This document shows, piece after piece, positions 27,907-38,167 of a DNA stretch of 64,000 nucleotides. The notes beneath the pieces are model-generated. The model was given only the letters and a program-made list of their open reading frames with translations. It was not told where the DNA came from and ran no database searches. The stretch spans positions 1,504,001 through 1,568,000 of the forward strand of contig JAKFCY010000002.1 in assembly GCA_036676395.1 (NCBI GenBank). Reading direction: 5' to 3'. Each line of letters starts with the position of its first letter. Positions within the stretch are counted from its first letter, which is position 1. A program made the translations under genes and the position numbers. This DNA comes from Bdellovibrio sp. Its GTDB lineage: Bacteria; Bdellovibrionota; Bdellovibrionia; Bdellovibrionales; Bdellovibrionaceae.

Positions 27907-27971
27907 GCTTAGCGTTCTTGTTAACGTAATAATAATTTGACTCCGCAATAGCGTGCGACTTCAATTGGGGC

Positions 27972-29042
27972 ATGAAAAAAATATTTTCGTGTCTTGTTTT
28001 TAGCTTATCGCTACCAGCACTTCTTAATGCTAAACCCTTAGTGTTGGGTCATCGCGGAGCTTGTGGTTACCGCCCTGAGCACACTCTGGCTTCATATCAA
28101 TTAGCCATTGATATGGGAGCTGACTACATCGAACCAGATCTCGTAAGTACAAAAGATGGAGTCTTAATTGCCCGTCATGAAAATGAAATTTCTGAGACCA
28201 CTGATGTGTCTGTGAAATTTCCAGATCGTAAAACCACAAAAACTATTGATGGTAAAGCCATCACCGGTTGGTTTACTGAAGACTTCACTTTAAAAGAAAT
28301 TAAAACATTGCGTGCAAAAGAGCGTTTGGTATTTCGCGATCATTCATTTGATGGCCAATTTGAAATTCCAACCTTTAAAGAAGTAATTGAACTTGCTAAA
28401 AGCCAAGGTAAAAAACTTAAAAAAACTATCGGTCTATACCCAGAAACAAAACACCCGACGTATTTTCAAAGTATTAAACTTTCTCTAGAAGAGCCTTTAG
28501 CTAAAGAATTAAAAGCGGCTGGATTAAATAAAAAATCATCGGCTGTATTTATTCAGTCTTTTGAATTAGGCAATCTTAAAAAACTAAAAGATTTAACGAA
28601 AAATAAGTTGGTCTTTTTAATCGACGATCCAGAAGTCGTGCCTGCGGATTTTCAAGCGAGCGGCGATAAACGCACTTATCTTCAGTTAATGACGCCAGAA
28701 GGTTTAAAAGAAATTAAAAAAACAGCTGATGGCATTGGCCCCTACAAACGTTACATTTTACCGACAAAAATAGTGACCGGTAAAAATGGTGAAAAAACTG
28801 AAGAAAAACTTTCACCAACACCCCTTATTAAAATGGCTCACGCTGTGGGGTTATTAGTGCATCCCTACACCTTCAGAAGCGAAGAAAAATATTTACTAAA
28901 AGAGTACAACAATGACCCGCAAGCAGAATATTTAGAATTTTTTGCTCTAGGTGTTGATGGCTTGTTTTCAGACTTTGCTGATCAAGCCGTACGTGCCCGC
29001 GAAACTTATTTAAAATCTTTAACAAAAAAAGAAACGAGATAA
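27972..29042 (+). CDS. glpQ: Periplasmic glycerophosphodiester phosphodiesterase
   Basis: Signal peptide; GHRGACGYRPEHT, IEPDLVSTKDG...RH, ETKHP, IQSF, GVDGLFSDF. Confidence 0.93.
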   Translation: MKKIFSCLVFSLSLPALLNAKPLVLGHRGACGYRPEHTLASYQLAIDMGADYIEPDLVSTKDGVLIARHENEISETTDVSVKFPDRKTTKTIDGKAITGWFTEDFTLKEIKTLRAKERLVFRDHSFDGQFEIPTFKEVIELAKSQGKKLKKTIGLYPETKHPTYFQSIKLSLEEPLAKELKAAGLNKKSSAVFIQSFELGNLKKLKDLTKNKLVFLIDDPEVVPADFQASGDKRTYLQLMTPEGLKEIKKTADGIGPYKRYILPTKIVTGKNGEKTEEKLSPTPLIKMAHAVGLLVHPYTFRSEEKYLLKEYNNDPQAEYLEFFALGVDGLFSDFADQAVRARETYLKSLTKKETR

Positions 29043-29044
29043 TT

Positions 29045-30037
29045 ATGAAAAGAATTATGTTACTAGCTGTAATGGCATTACTTCCTTTTTCTTGCACAAA
29101 AAAAGAAGAAAAAACAAAAGTGTGGATTTACACTTCGCTTTACAAAGACACAATTGCAGATATCCAACCAAAGTTAGCCGCAGCTTTTCCAGATGTGGAT
29201 GTGCAATTTTATCAAGCGGGTTCAGAAGAAGTAGCCGCTAAAGTTCAGGCTGAAAACTTAGCCGGAAAAATCCAGGCCGATATTTTAATTTCTTCTGATC
29301 GTTTTTGGTATGAAGATATGGCAAGTCAGCAAAAACTGGTGGCTTACAAACCAGCTCATTCAGACAAAGTTCAGGATTTTTTCAAACACCCTGAAAACTT
29401 TTATACGACTTTAAGCTTTCCGGTCATGGTCATTGCGTACAATTCTGAAGCCGTCAGTGAAAAAGAGGCTCCAAAAACTTTCAAAGAACTGGCTGATGCA
29501 AAATGGAAAGACAAAGTTTCTACAGGCAGCCCATTAGCTTCTGGCACAAACTTTACCACAGTGGCTTTCTTAGCAAAAAAATATGGCTGGGATTACTTTA
29601 CGCAATTACGTAAAAATAACGTGATTTCTGAAGGTGGAAACTCAGGTGTTGTGCGCAGATTACAAAGCAAAGAACGCCCGGTAGGAGTAGTACTTTTAGA
29701 GAACATTTTACGACTAACTACAACTGATGCCCGTATTAAATTTATCATTCCAACTGATGGCGCAGTTATTCAATCTAACGTATTAGCCTTAGTCAAAAAA
29801 GATGGCGATCAAGAAAAAGCTAAAAAAATTGCTGACTGGATGTTTGGACCTGAAGGCCAAGCGGCGATGGCAAGATCATTCATGTACCCATCGGTTGCAG
29901 GAAATGCAGCACCTGCAGGAGCTCCAGAGTTTACTAAGCTCATGGAAACAGCTCTTCCATGGACACGCGAATTTATCACTGAGACAATGAAAACTCGCGA
30001 AGAAATCAAAGATAAATTCGCAAAAATTATTTTCTAA
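29045..30037 (+). CDS. ABC transporter substrate-binding lipoprotein (FbpA/AfuA family)
   Basis: Lipobox PFSC; YTS, IAYN, P..SGT and EGQ motifs. Confidence 0.88.
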   Translation: MKRIMLLAVMALLPFSCTKKEEKTKVWIYTSLYKDTIADIQPKLAAAFPDVDVQFYQAGSEEVAAKVQAENLAGKIQADILISSDRFWYEDMASQQKLVAYKPAHSDKVQDFFKHPENFYTTLSFPVMVIAYNSEAVSEKEAPKTFKELADAKWKDKVSTGSPLASGTNFTTVAFLAKKYGWDYFTQLRKNNVISEGGNSGVVRRLQSKERPVGVVLLENILRLTTTDARIKFIIPTDGAVIQSNVLALVKKDGDQEKAKKIADWMFGPEGQAAMARSFMYPSVAGNAAPAGAPEFTKLMETALPWTREFITETMKTREEIKDKFAKIIF

Positions 30038-30039
30038 TT

Positions 30040-31668
30040 GTGCTAAAAAAATTAGTTTACGGCTTATGTTTAGTTTTGCTTGCGGCGCTTTTCTTAAGCC
30101 CGCAGGTCTACTTATATCTAATTCCTAAACTTTCTGATTTTACGGCAGTTATCGTTAATGAAAACACCATCAAAGCGATTAAAAATACGTTCATTGTTTC
30201 ATTAACCGTAGCTATCTTGTGTTTAGCGATAGGTTTACCGCTGGCGTGGTTATTAACTCGGACGAACTTACCGTTTAAAAATTTCTTTCGATCAGGATTT
30301 TGTCTACCCTATGCAATTCCGCCCTTTGTTGGCGCGATTGGCTGGATCATTTTAGCAAATCCAACCAGTGGCGTTCTAAACCAATGGCTTGGATTAAACT
30401 TAAATATTTATTCTTATGCGGGTCTTATTTGGGTTGAAACCAGTTTTCTGTTCACTTTTGTGCTCCTCACCGCTTTAACTGTTTTAGATCAGATGGATTC
30501 ATCATTAGAAGAAGCCGCAAGATTATCGGGTGCCAATGGCTTACGCGTATTTATTGATATCGCTTTACCACTGCTTCGTCCGGCGATCTTAAGTGGTTTT
30601 TTACTCTCATTTCTGGCAACGGCTGCAAGCTTTGGCGTGCCAGCGTTGATTGGCGGCCCTGCAAGAATTTATTTAATGACGACCCAGATTTATACTTACC
30701 AGCGCATGGGCACAGCGAATGGCTTACAAATGAGTATCGCTGTATCGGTCATTCTAGGTATCGCGACACTGATTTTACTTTACGGCACGCAGTTATTTTT
30801 TAGTGGCAACAAGAACTATACTGTCGGAGGTAAAACATCTAGACCTTCACTTGTTCCGCTGAATATCTGGAAGCTACCGCTAACGGTATTTTTGTCGATT
30901 TTATTTTTTATCATTTTTATTTTACCGCTATCTGGTGTTTTATTATCAGCCCTGAGTGCTGTTCAAGGCTCATGGAGTTTATCCGGCCTAACCTTAAATA
31001 ATTTTAACCGTGTGTTATTTGAAACCGAAGAAACGGCTCGCGCCATCAGGCAGTCTTTATTTTTAGGTTTCACCAGTGCTTTAATTTGCACGGCCTTTGC
31101 TTTTATTTTTAATTATTTTATCTATAGAACATCATGGTTCGGCAGAACTTTTGCGAGCGTGATCGCTAGTATGCCGTTCTCTACGCCGGGCACAGTCTTA
31201 GCTTTGGCGTTTATCCTATCATTTAGCCAAGGTTTTTTTGGTGTTGGGCCTTCATTGTACAACACGCTATTTCTAATTTTACTTGCCTATATTGTTAAAT
31301 ATATGAGTTTAAGCCTTAAAACTGTTGGCGATGGCTATCAACAAATCCACCCCTCATTAGAAGAAGCCGCGCGCATTTCTGGTGCTCATTGGTGGACCAT
31401 CATGCGCACGATCTATTTACCCCTTTTAAAAACTGCTCTTATCGCATCAATGTTTTTAGTATTTATGCCCGTTTTAAGTGAACTGACGATGACTATACTA
31501 CTAACAGGGCCGGGCTTAGAGACCATCGGTACGCTTATTTTTTCGCTGCAAGAGTATTCTGATATGGGCGGCGGTGGTGCTTCGGTCTTATCAATTATCG
31601 TTGTAGTTTTTATTTTAATATTAAATTTTAGTTTAAAGTTTCTATCAAAGGGTCGGTACGGGCTATGA
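30040..31668 (+). CDS. ABC transporter fused double permease (FbpB/AfuB family)
   Basis: Two EAA loops (LEEAARLSGA, LEEAARISGA); about 12 TM helices. Confidence 0.92.
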   Translation: MLKKLVYGLCLVLLAALFLSPQVYLYLIPKLSDFTAVIVNENTIKAIKNTFIVSLTVAILCLAIGLPLAWLLTRTNLPFKNFFRSGFCLPYAIPPFVGAIGWIILANPTSGVLNQWLGLNLNIYSYAGLIWVETSFLFTFVLLTALTVLDQMDSSLEEAARLSGANGLRVFIDIALPLLRPAILSGFLLSFLATAASFGVPALIGGPARIYLMTTQIYTYQRMGTANGLQMSIAVSVILGIATLILLYGTQLFFSGNKNYTVGGKTSRPSLVPLNIWKLPLTVFLSILFFIIFILPLSGVLLSALSAVQGSWSLSGLTLNNFNRVLFETEETARAIRQSLFLGFTSALICTAFAFIFNYFIYRTSWFGRTFASVIASMPFSTPGTVLALAFILSFSQGFFGVGPSLYNTLFLILLAYIVKYMSLSLKTVGDGYQQIHPSLEEAARISGAHWWTIMRTIYLPLLKTALIASMFLVFMPVLSELTMTILLTGPGLETIGTLIFSLQEYSDMGGGGASVLSIIVVVFILILNFSLKFLSKGRYGL

Positions 31669-32399
31669 GTAAAGTGGTTTTTGAAAATGTCGGTAAAAAG
31701 TATTTAGCTAACTGGGCTGTAAAAGATATTAATCTAACTATTGAAAATGGCGAATTTGTTAGCTTTCTTGGGCCTTCTGGCTGCGGCAAAACCACGACCT
31801 TAAGAATGATCGCCGGCTTAGAAGAAAACTCTCACGGAAAAATTTTATTTGATACCGATATTGTGTCTGATCCCGCCAACAAAAGTTTTATGTTACCCGA
31901 AAAACGTAATGTCGGAATGGTTTTTCAATCTTATGCCGTATGGCCTCATATGAATGTTTTTGAAAATGTGGCCTATCCCTTAAAACTTAAAAAATTAAGT
32001 AAAGAGCAAATTAAAGCTGATGTAGAAAAAATCATGTCTATCGTTGAATTATCAGGATTAGAATTACGCAAATCTAGCGAACTATCCGGCGGCCAACAGC
32101 AGCGCGTAGCTTTAGCGCGCGGTTTGGTGATGCGCCCACGTATTTTATTATTAGATGAACCACTTTCAAATCTAGATGCAAAACTGCGCGAAAAAATGCG
32201 CAAAGATATTCGCAAAATTCAGCAGGATTTAAAATTGACAATGGTTTATGTGACTCATGATCAGAAAGAAGCTTTTCAAATGAGTGATAAAGTCGTCGTC
32301 ATGAATCATGGCAAAATTGAACAGATCGGCGCCCCCTCAGAGATCCAGAAAAACCCGGTCTCTGAATTTGTCGCCGATTTTATTAAATCAGGCGAATAG
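31665..32399 (+). CDS. ABC transporter ATP-binding protein (FbpC/PotA-like, lacking the C-terminal regulatory domain)
   Basis: GPSGCGKTT, LSGGQQQR, LLLDEP, VTHD. Confidence 0.95.
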   Translation: MSKVVFENVGKKYLANWAVKDINLTIENGEFVSFLGPSGCGKTTTLRMIAGLEENSHGKILFDTDIVSDPANKSFMLPEKRNVGMVFQSYAVWPHMNVFENVAYPLKLKKLSKEQIKADVEKIMSIVELSGLELRKSSELSGGQQQRVALARGLVMRPRILLLDEPLSNLDAKLREKMRKDIRKIQQDLKLTMVYVTHDQKEAFQMSDKVVVMNHGKIEQIGAPSEIQKNPVSEFVADFIKSGE

Positions 32400-32400
32400 C

Positions 32401-32829
32401 TTATTCGCCGCACTTAACTTTGTCTTCGTCGCACTCAAAACCATAACGAATAACTTCACTGCACTTTTGCATCACTTCAGCTTTGGCCTGCGTCATTGAT
32501 TTTTGAGTCGAGCTAAAAAGCCCTTTGCTATTAGTCTTGATGAAACACGTCGTTTTTTTAACGTTATCATTTTCTTTTTTAAGAGCGCCGTTTTCGGCTT
32601 CAAGTTCAAAAACTTGCTCTTGCAATTGACGAACAGCTTTTTCTAAACGGTAGATACGTTTTTCAAACTCACGATTTGATGATTTTTTAGATTCAGACCC
32701 AAGATCAATATAAACAATTTTTTCGCCTTTATAGCGACCTTTTTGCACTTCAACATAATCATCAGCGTTTGTGCTATGGGCGATAAATGATGACATAACA
32801 GCAACTGAACAAACGATTTTTTTAAACAT
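32401..32829 (-). CDS. Exported hypothetical protein with a coiled coil and a three-Cys C-terminal domain
   Basis: RBS AGGAG before MFKK; signal-peptide-like N-terminus; RIYRLEKAVRQLQEQVFELE. Confidence 0.75.
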   Translation of the reverse strand: MFKKIVCSVAVMSSFIAHSTNADDYVEVQKGRYKGEKIVYIDLGSESKKSSNREFEKRIYRLEKAVRQLQEQVFELEAENGALKKENDNVKKTTCFIKTNSKGLFSSTQKSMTQAKAEVMQKCSEVIRYGFECDEDKVKCGE

Positions 32830-32858
32830 GGTTATTTCTCCTACTAAATTTAATCTAT

Positions 32859-33521
32859 TTACTGACAAGAAACTTGAGACGACTGAACGGCTGCAGCTAA
32901 ATCAAAGTGCTTTAGCCAAACTTTAAAAAATTCGCTCGGCGTATCAGACACACCATGATTTGCGACTGAATCGATTTTAGGAGCTGATACTCCGCAAGAC
33001 TGAATTTCTTTAAATAGCGAAATATCATTAACGATATTAATACTTAATCCATGTAACGTAATACCATTTTTAATTTGCAAACCACAGAACGCAATTTTTC
33101 CAAGGTCTGTATAAACGCCAGGTTGGTCACATAAATCAATCGTCGAATTGATCTTTAATTCATTCAAAGTTTTTTGTGTGGCTTCAAATAATGATTGCAC
33201 AAAACCTTTAACCGAAATTCTGTGCTGTTTCAAATCAACAATTGGATAGATCACTAACTGGCCAGGATTATGAATCGTAGCAAGACCCCCACGTGAGATT
33301 TTATGTACAGGATACATCCATGGCTTTACGCAAAAGCTATTCACATCAGCTTTGTGAGCGCGTAATCCCAAGGTCATCACCGTTGGATGTTCTAAACCAA
33401 GAATGTAAGATTTTTTATCTGTAGCTACTTTCGCATGATATTGATATTGCAACTCTAAGGCTTTATCAAAATCGACTAATCCTAAATACTGTGATTCGAC
33501 ACTATTGGAAAACTTCAACAC
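32859..33521 (-). CDS. lipB: Lipoyl(octanoyl) transferase
   Basis: LEHP.V.TLG, RGG.AT.H.PGQLV.YPI, KIA..G, HGLSIN, CG. Start uncertain (GTG 33521 or TTG 33518). Confidence 0.92.
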   Translation of the reverse strand: MLKFSNSVESQYLGLVDFDKALELQYQYHAKVATDKKSYILGLEHPTVMTLGLRAHKADVNSFCVKPWMYPVHKISRGGLATIHNPGQLVIYPIVDLKQHRISVKGFVQSLFEATQKTLNELKINSTIDLCDQPGVYTDLGKIAFCGLQIKNGITLHGLSINIVNDISLFKEIQSCGVSAPKIDSVANHGVSDTPSEFFKVWLKHFDLAAAVQSSQVSCQ

Positions 33522-34473
33522 GATCGCTTTCCTTAAAACCTGCGCCGGAGTGAATGACACCGACAGCACCATCATTACCAAAATAGCTGATAATTTCTAA
33601 AGTGCCTTTGGCGCGGCCTTGAACTTTTCCTAAATTATAGCCAGCTTCAGGGTCAAAAATTTCAGAAGAATCTTCAACCACTTTTAATAAGTCACCGACT
33701 TGTACACCAGAAATACGCCCGACATTTAAATAAATTTTATCACCGCGAATAGCCGCAATTCGGCCTTCCCAGGTTACATCATCCATGGTTTCTTGAATTT
33801 GTTGCGAAAAATCCAGAAATGCATCTTTAATTAAAATTTCTACTAATTCAGGATTTTTCAAAAAGATTTGATCTTCAGCCGCACGCTCGGCCACTCGAGT
33901 GTTTTTTTCTTCAAGGGTCACAGTTTTTACCGTGTGATAAATTTCTTCGCCAGTGCGCACGCTATGAATTCTTAAACGTACCACGACTTCATAACTTGCA
34001 TCTAAATTTCTGACTAAACCGATTTGTTCAGCTTTTTTCTTTAAACGCACATCGATGATTTGGCCTTCGATAATCGAACTGATTCCCGATTTTTGCGAAT
34101 CCTGAGCTAAACGTTTTAAATCATATTCATCATTTTTAATATAATTTTCAGGATTAACTGTAAGCTGATCTGAATCCATCACGATAAACTTTTCGCTTAA
34201 ATTTAAATCATTAATAAATGCAATGCGCGCATTTATACGGGCAACTTCTGGGCGTTTAAGAGTGTCTTTATCCAAGAACGGCAAAACCACCAGGCGTTTT
34301 TTCATCGACTTATCCTGAGAGTTCGTTCGATAGTCGACATCTTTAATTTTTCGACGAATGGCTACGGGCTCATTAATTTTTGTCTCTCCAGTGGCTGGCG
34401 CAAACGCGGCACAACCCGAAAGTATGACCGTAAAACTTAAGGCACTTAAAATAAAAAAATTTAATGTTTTCAT
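33502..34473 (-). CDS. Lipoprotein with CsgG/FlgT-like domains
   Basis: Lipobox LSGC; LVVLPF; C-terminal IYLN.G..SGV.VGD.L.V...IFDP..G..LG resembles FlgT C-terminal domain. Confidence 0.7.
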   Translation of the reverse strand: MKTLNFFILSALSFTVILSGCAAFAPATGETKINEPVAIRRKIKDVDYRTNSQDKSMKKRLVVLPFLDKDTLKRPEVARINARIAFINDLNLSEKFIVMDSDQLTVNPENYIKNDEYDLKRLAQDSQKSGISSIIEGQIIDVRLKKKAEQIGLVRNLDASYEVVVRLRIHSVRTGEEIYHTVKTVTLEEKNTRVAERAAEDQIFLKNPELVEILIKDAFLDFSQQIQETMDDVTWEGRIAAIRGDKIYLNVGRISGVQVGDLLKVVEDSSEIFDPEAGYNLGKVQGRAKGTLEIISYFGNDGAVGVIHSGAGFKESDRVEVFQ

Positions 34474-34496
34474 AGTGCTTATATCTTACCTTAAAA

Positions 34497-37400
34497 TTAG
34501 ATTTCGATAAAGTCCGTGCGACCAAAAACCTGATGAACTTCTTCAAAAAATGCATCCGAGATCTGTATGCGTTTAGGCGATTCTGTCTGCATCTCTACCG
34601 TCTTTTCATTTAGACTTAAGACTAGCCGAACATTTGTTTCGCCCTGAAAAGTATCAAGAATTGTATCTAGCTTTTCAAAATCGCTCGTCTCTAATTTATC
34701 TAATCTAAACGACACGCGTTTAGTTTTTTTCATAATTTCGTCAAATGGCGCAATATTATCGACGATAATTTTTGCCGAACCTTCATTGATTTCTAACCCT
34801 CCACCAATAAGAAGTGGTCGTTCATCTTTTAAAAAGCTTCCGCATTTTTCAAAAGTATCCGGAAAAATAACTAACTCTGCTGTTCCCGTTAAATCTTCAA
34901 GTTTTGCAAAAGCCATGCGCGTGCCTTTTTTAGTGATCATCTCGCGATTCTCAATAATCAGACCGGCAACGATAACACGTTTTTTAGAGTCTTTTTGAAA
35001 GCGGTTCCATTTGCCACTTTCTTTTTTTGCAGCCTCCGCAGCTTTTTCTTCAGGAGTCATATCATGTTTATGAAGGTCAACGATTTCGCAAGTCGTCCAA
35101 ACTTTGGCTAATTTTTCAAAACCACGAAGAGGATGATCACTTAAGTAAAATCCTAAAACTTCTTTTTCATAGGCTAAAGATTGGGTGCGCGACCACTGTT
35201 TAGTGTCTTCAAGTTTGATAGCTTGTTTTTCGCCGCCCATATCAAAAAGACTGACTTGGCCGACATCTTTATCTTTTTGTGCGCCAATCGCGTAATCTAA
35301 GAATTTAGAATAGCCCGTGAACAGCTGAGCACGATGCACGCCAAAACCTTCGAAAGCTCCGGCCTTAGTCATGCACTCAATCACTTTTTTATTCACTCTG
35401 CGTAAATCAACGTTTTCAAAAAAATCATCAAGGCTTGCAAATTTTTTATCTGGCTGACGGTCACGAGCTTCAATAATCGCTTCAACAGCGGCAGAGCCCA
35501 CACCTTTAATACCACCAAGACCGAAATAAATAACTTCGCCTTTTACCGAGAATAAATAATCAGAAAAATTCACATGCGGAGGTCTAACTTCTAATCCGCG
35601 TTTTTGCGCATCTTTTACATATTTAACAACTTTATCAGTATCACCGACTTCGGTTGATAAGAGGGCTGCGAAAAATTCTGCCGGGTAATGATGTTTTACC
35701 CAGGCAGTTTGTGCCGTAATTACAGAATAAGCTGCCGCATGCGATTTATTAAAACCGTAATCGGCAAACTTATACATTAATTCGAAAAGCTCTTCAGATT
35801 TTTGCTTATCGTGACCTTTTTCCAACGCCCCTTTCATGAAACGTTGGCGATGTTGATCCATTTCTTCTTTGATCTTTTTACCCATCGCACGACGAAGCAT
35901 ATCGGCTTCACCAAGAGAGTATCCGGCAATAATCGAAGCAATACCCATAACTTGCTCTTGGTAAACCATGATACCATAGGTTTCTTCCAAGACTTGTTTG
36001 GTTTCAGGTAATAGGTATTCTACCGGTGTTTCACCGTGTTTACGCTTGGTAAACTCTGGAATATTCGCCATCGGACCTGGGCGGTACAGTGACGTGATCG
36101 CGGTAATATCAGCAAAGCTTGTAGGCTTAATTTTTCTGGTGGCGTCGGTAATACCTTCGCCCTCGAACTGAAACACCCCGGCTGTATCACCGCGTGATAA
36201 TAATTCATAAATTTTAGGATCGTTGATCGGAATATTTTTTTCTAAAACATCCAGACAACGATTTTGTTTAACTAATTTTAAAGCATGATGAATATGAGTT
36301 AAAGTTTTAAGACCCAAGAAGTCGAATTTAATTAATCCGATTTTCTCAGCATGCTTCATATCATACTGAACAACGTTTTCATCATCTGCGCCTTTATACA
36401 TTGGCGCATGTTTTACTAAACTGCCATCGGCGATAATAACACCCGCAGCATGAATGCCGGCATGGCGAACTAAACCCTCTACACGAAGAGCAAGTTCAAC
36501 TAATGTTTGTACAGTAGGATTAGACTCCATCGCCTCACGAATACGAGGCTCTGCCGCTAATGAATCTGTTAAATTAATCCCTAACTTATCAGGAATTAAT
36601 TTTGAAACCACGTCCACTTCAGGAAAAGTCATACCCAATACGCGGCCCACATCTTTTAGAGCTGCGCGAGTTTGTAATTTTCCGTAAGTGATAATTTGTG
36701 AAACTGAAGCAGAACCATACTTTTCAGTCACATACTGAATAACTTCCTGACGGCGATCCTGACAGAAGTCGATATCGAAATCGGGCATCGAAATACGCTC
36801 TGGATTTAAAAAACGCTCAAACAGTAGAAAATTTGGAATCGGATCAAGATCAGTAATACGCAAACTGTAAGCGACTAGTGAACCAGCTCCCGATCCACGG
36901 CCTGGGCCTACGGGAATATCGCGATTTTTTGCCCAGTTAATGAAATCCATAACGATCAAAAAATAACCGTTAAATCCCATGCGATCGATAATATTTAATT
37001 CAAAAGTTAAACGGTTAAAGTAATCTGGTTTTTTTTCTTCAGGAACTTCCTGGCCCACGGCTTTAAGTTCTTCGAAGCGTACTTTTAAACCTTCGGTTGC
37101 ATGATGCAGAATCTCTTCTTTAACTGTACGACCTTCAGATGTCGGAAAGCTTGGTAAATGGTAAATCGCTTTTCCGTTTTCATCTTTAAGTTTAAATTTA
37201 ACATTACAACGATCAGCAATAACTTGCGTGTTCGTTATAGCCTCTGGCAAATCTGAAAAAAGCTTCGTCATGCTTTCAGTTGATTTAAAATAAAATTCAG
37301 AACTTCCTAGTTTGTATCTAGATTCGTCGGCTAAAGTTTTATTCGAACCGATACAGACTAATACTTCTTGCGCGATTTGATCGTCTTGCGTGATGTAATG

Positions 37401-38045
37401 CACATCATTTGATGCAACGATTGGAACATGACAAATCTTTGAAGCTTCTAAAATAAAATTATTAATCGTTTTTTGCGCATCACTGCCTTGCGGAAGTGTA
37501 CGCGACAATTCTAAATAAAAACGATCATCAAAAAGTTCTTTTAATTTTCTAACTTTGGCTAACGCCGCTTCTGGTCCTTCTTTTAAAAGTGTACCAATGA
37601 CTTCACCACGCGTTGTTCCGCTCAAACAGATTAAATCTTTCGAGTACTCTTTTAAAACGTCGTAATCAATTCTTGGCTTCCAGTAAAAACCCTCTTGGTA
37701 ACCCACCGATGAAAGCTTACAAAGATTTTGATAGCCTTCTAGGTTTTGTGCCAGAAGCACTAAACGCTGTGGTCCTAAAGTAATCTCAGAATATTTTTGA
37801 TTGGGATCTTGTTTTTTATCTAAACGTGAACCTGGAGCCACATAGGCTTCAAGACCAATCAATGGTTTTACACCTTTATCTTGGCAGGCAAAATAAAACT
37901 CAATCGCTCCGAACATGTTTCCATAATCAGTCAAAGCTACGGCAGGTTGTTGGTAATCGGCCGCTTTTTTAGCGATCGCCTTGACCCGACACGAAGCCTC
38001 TAAAAGGGAGTACTCAGAATGAACATGTAAGTGCGAAAATGACAT
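34497..38045 (-). CDS. dnaE: DNA polymerase III alpha subunit
   Basis: PHP HLHVHSEYSLL, GPGRGSGAGSLVAY, MPDFDIDF, KFDFLGL, FNKSHAAAY, C-terminal OB fold. Confidence 0.99.
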   Translation of the reverse strand: MSFSHLHVHSEYSLLEASCRVKAIAKKAADYQQPAVALTDYGNMFGAIEFYFACQDKGVKPLIGLEAYVAPGSRLDKKQDPNQKYSEITLGPQRLVLLAQNLEGYQNLCKLSSVGYQEGFYWKPRIDYDVLKEYSKDLICLSGTTRGEVIGTLLKEGPEAALAKVRKLKELFDDRFYLELSRTLPQGSDAQKTINNFILEASKICHVPIVASNDVHYITQDDQIAQEVLVCIGSNKTLADESRYKLGSSEFYFKSTESMTKLFSDLPEAITNTQVIADRCNVKFKLKDENGKAIYHLPSFPTSEGRTVKEEILHHATEGLKVRFEELKAVGQEVPEEKKPDYFNRLTFELNIIDRMGFNGYFLIVMDFINWAKNRDIPVGPGRGSGAGSLVAYSLRITDLDPIPNFLLFERFLNPERISMPDFDIDFCQDRRQEVIQYVTEKYGSASVSQIITYGKLQTRAALKDVGRVLGMTFPEVDVVSKLIPDKLGINLTDSLAAEPRIREAMESNPTVQTLVELALRVEGLVRHAGIHAAGVIIADGSLVKHAPMYKGADDENVVQYDMKHAEKIGLIKFDFLGLKTLTHIHHALKLVKQNRCLDVLEKNIPINDPKIYELLSRGDTAGVFQFEGEGITDATRKIKPTSFADITAITSLYRPGPMANIPEFTKRKHGETPVEYLLPETKQVLEETYGIMVYQEQVMGIASIIAGYSLGEADMLRRAMGKKIKEEMDQHRQRFMKGALEKGHDKQKSEELFELMYKFADYGFNKSHAAAYSVITAQTAWVKHHYPAEFFAALLSTEVGDTDKVVKYVKDAQKRGLEVRPPHVNFSDYLFSVKGEVIYFGLGGIKGVGSAAVEAIIEARDRQPDKKFASLDDFFENVDLRRVNKKVIECMTKAGAFEGFGVHRAQLFTGYSKFLDYAIGAQKDKDVGQVSLFDMGGEKQAIKLEDTKQWSRTQSLAYEKEVLGFYLSDHPLRGFEKLAKVWTTCEIVDLHKHDMTPEEKAAEAAKKESGKWNRFQKDSKKRVIVAGLIIENREMITKKGTRMAFAKLEDLTGTAELVIFPDTFEKCGSFLKDERPLLIGGGLEINEGSAKIIVDNIAPFDEIMKKTKRVSFRLDKLETSDFEKLDTILDTFQGETNVRLVLSLNEKTVEMQTESPKRIQISDAFFEEVHQVFGRTDFIEI

Positions 38046-38051
38046 TTCTTA

Positions 38052-38080
38052 ACTATACTTTTTGAAGAGTTATGTTTCAA
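38052..38080 (-). promoter_or_regulatory. sigma70 promoter of dnaE (leaderless geometry)
   Basis: TTGAAA-N17-TATAGT-N6-ATG. Confidence 0.6.
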
Positions 38081-38132
38081 AACAACTGTGAGTAGCGCAG
38101 TGTATAAACTGCGATTAAAGTTTCAGCACTAT

Positions 38133-38161
38133 TTGCAGCAAATCAGACTATGTTTTACGCT
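38133..38161 (+). promoter_or_regulatory. sigma70 promoter of cysK (leaderless geometry)
   Basis: TTGCAG-N17-TACGCT-N6-ATG(38168). Confidence 0.5.
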
Positions 38162-38167
38162 CTTAGA

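Noticed and set aside
34497..38045. Intein or split in dnaE
   Set aside because: The length (1182 aa) and motif order are normal, with no intein signatures.
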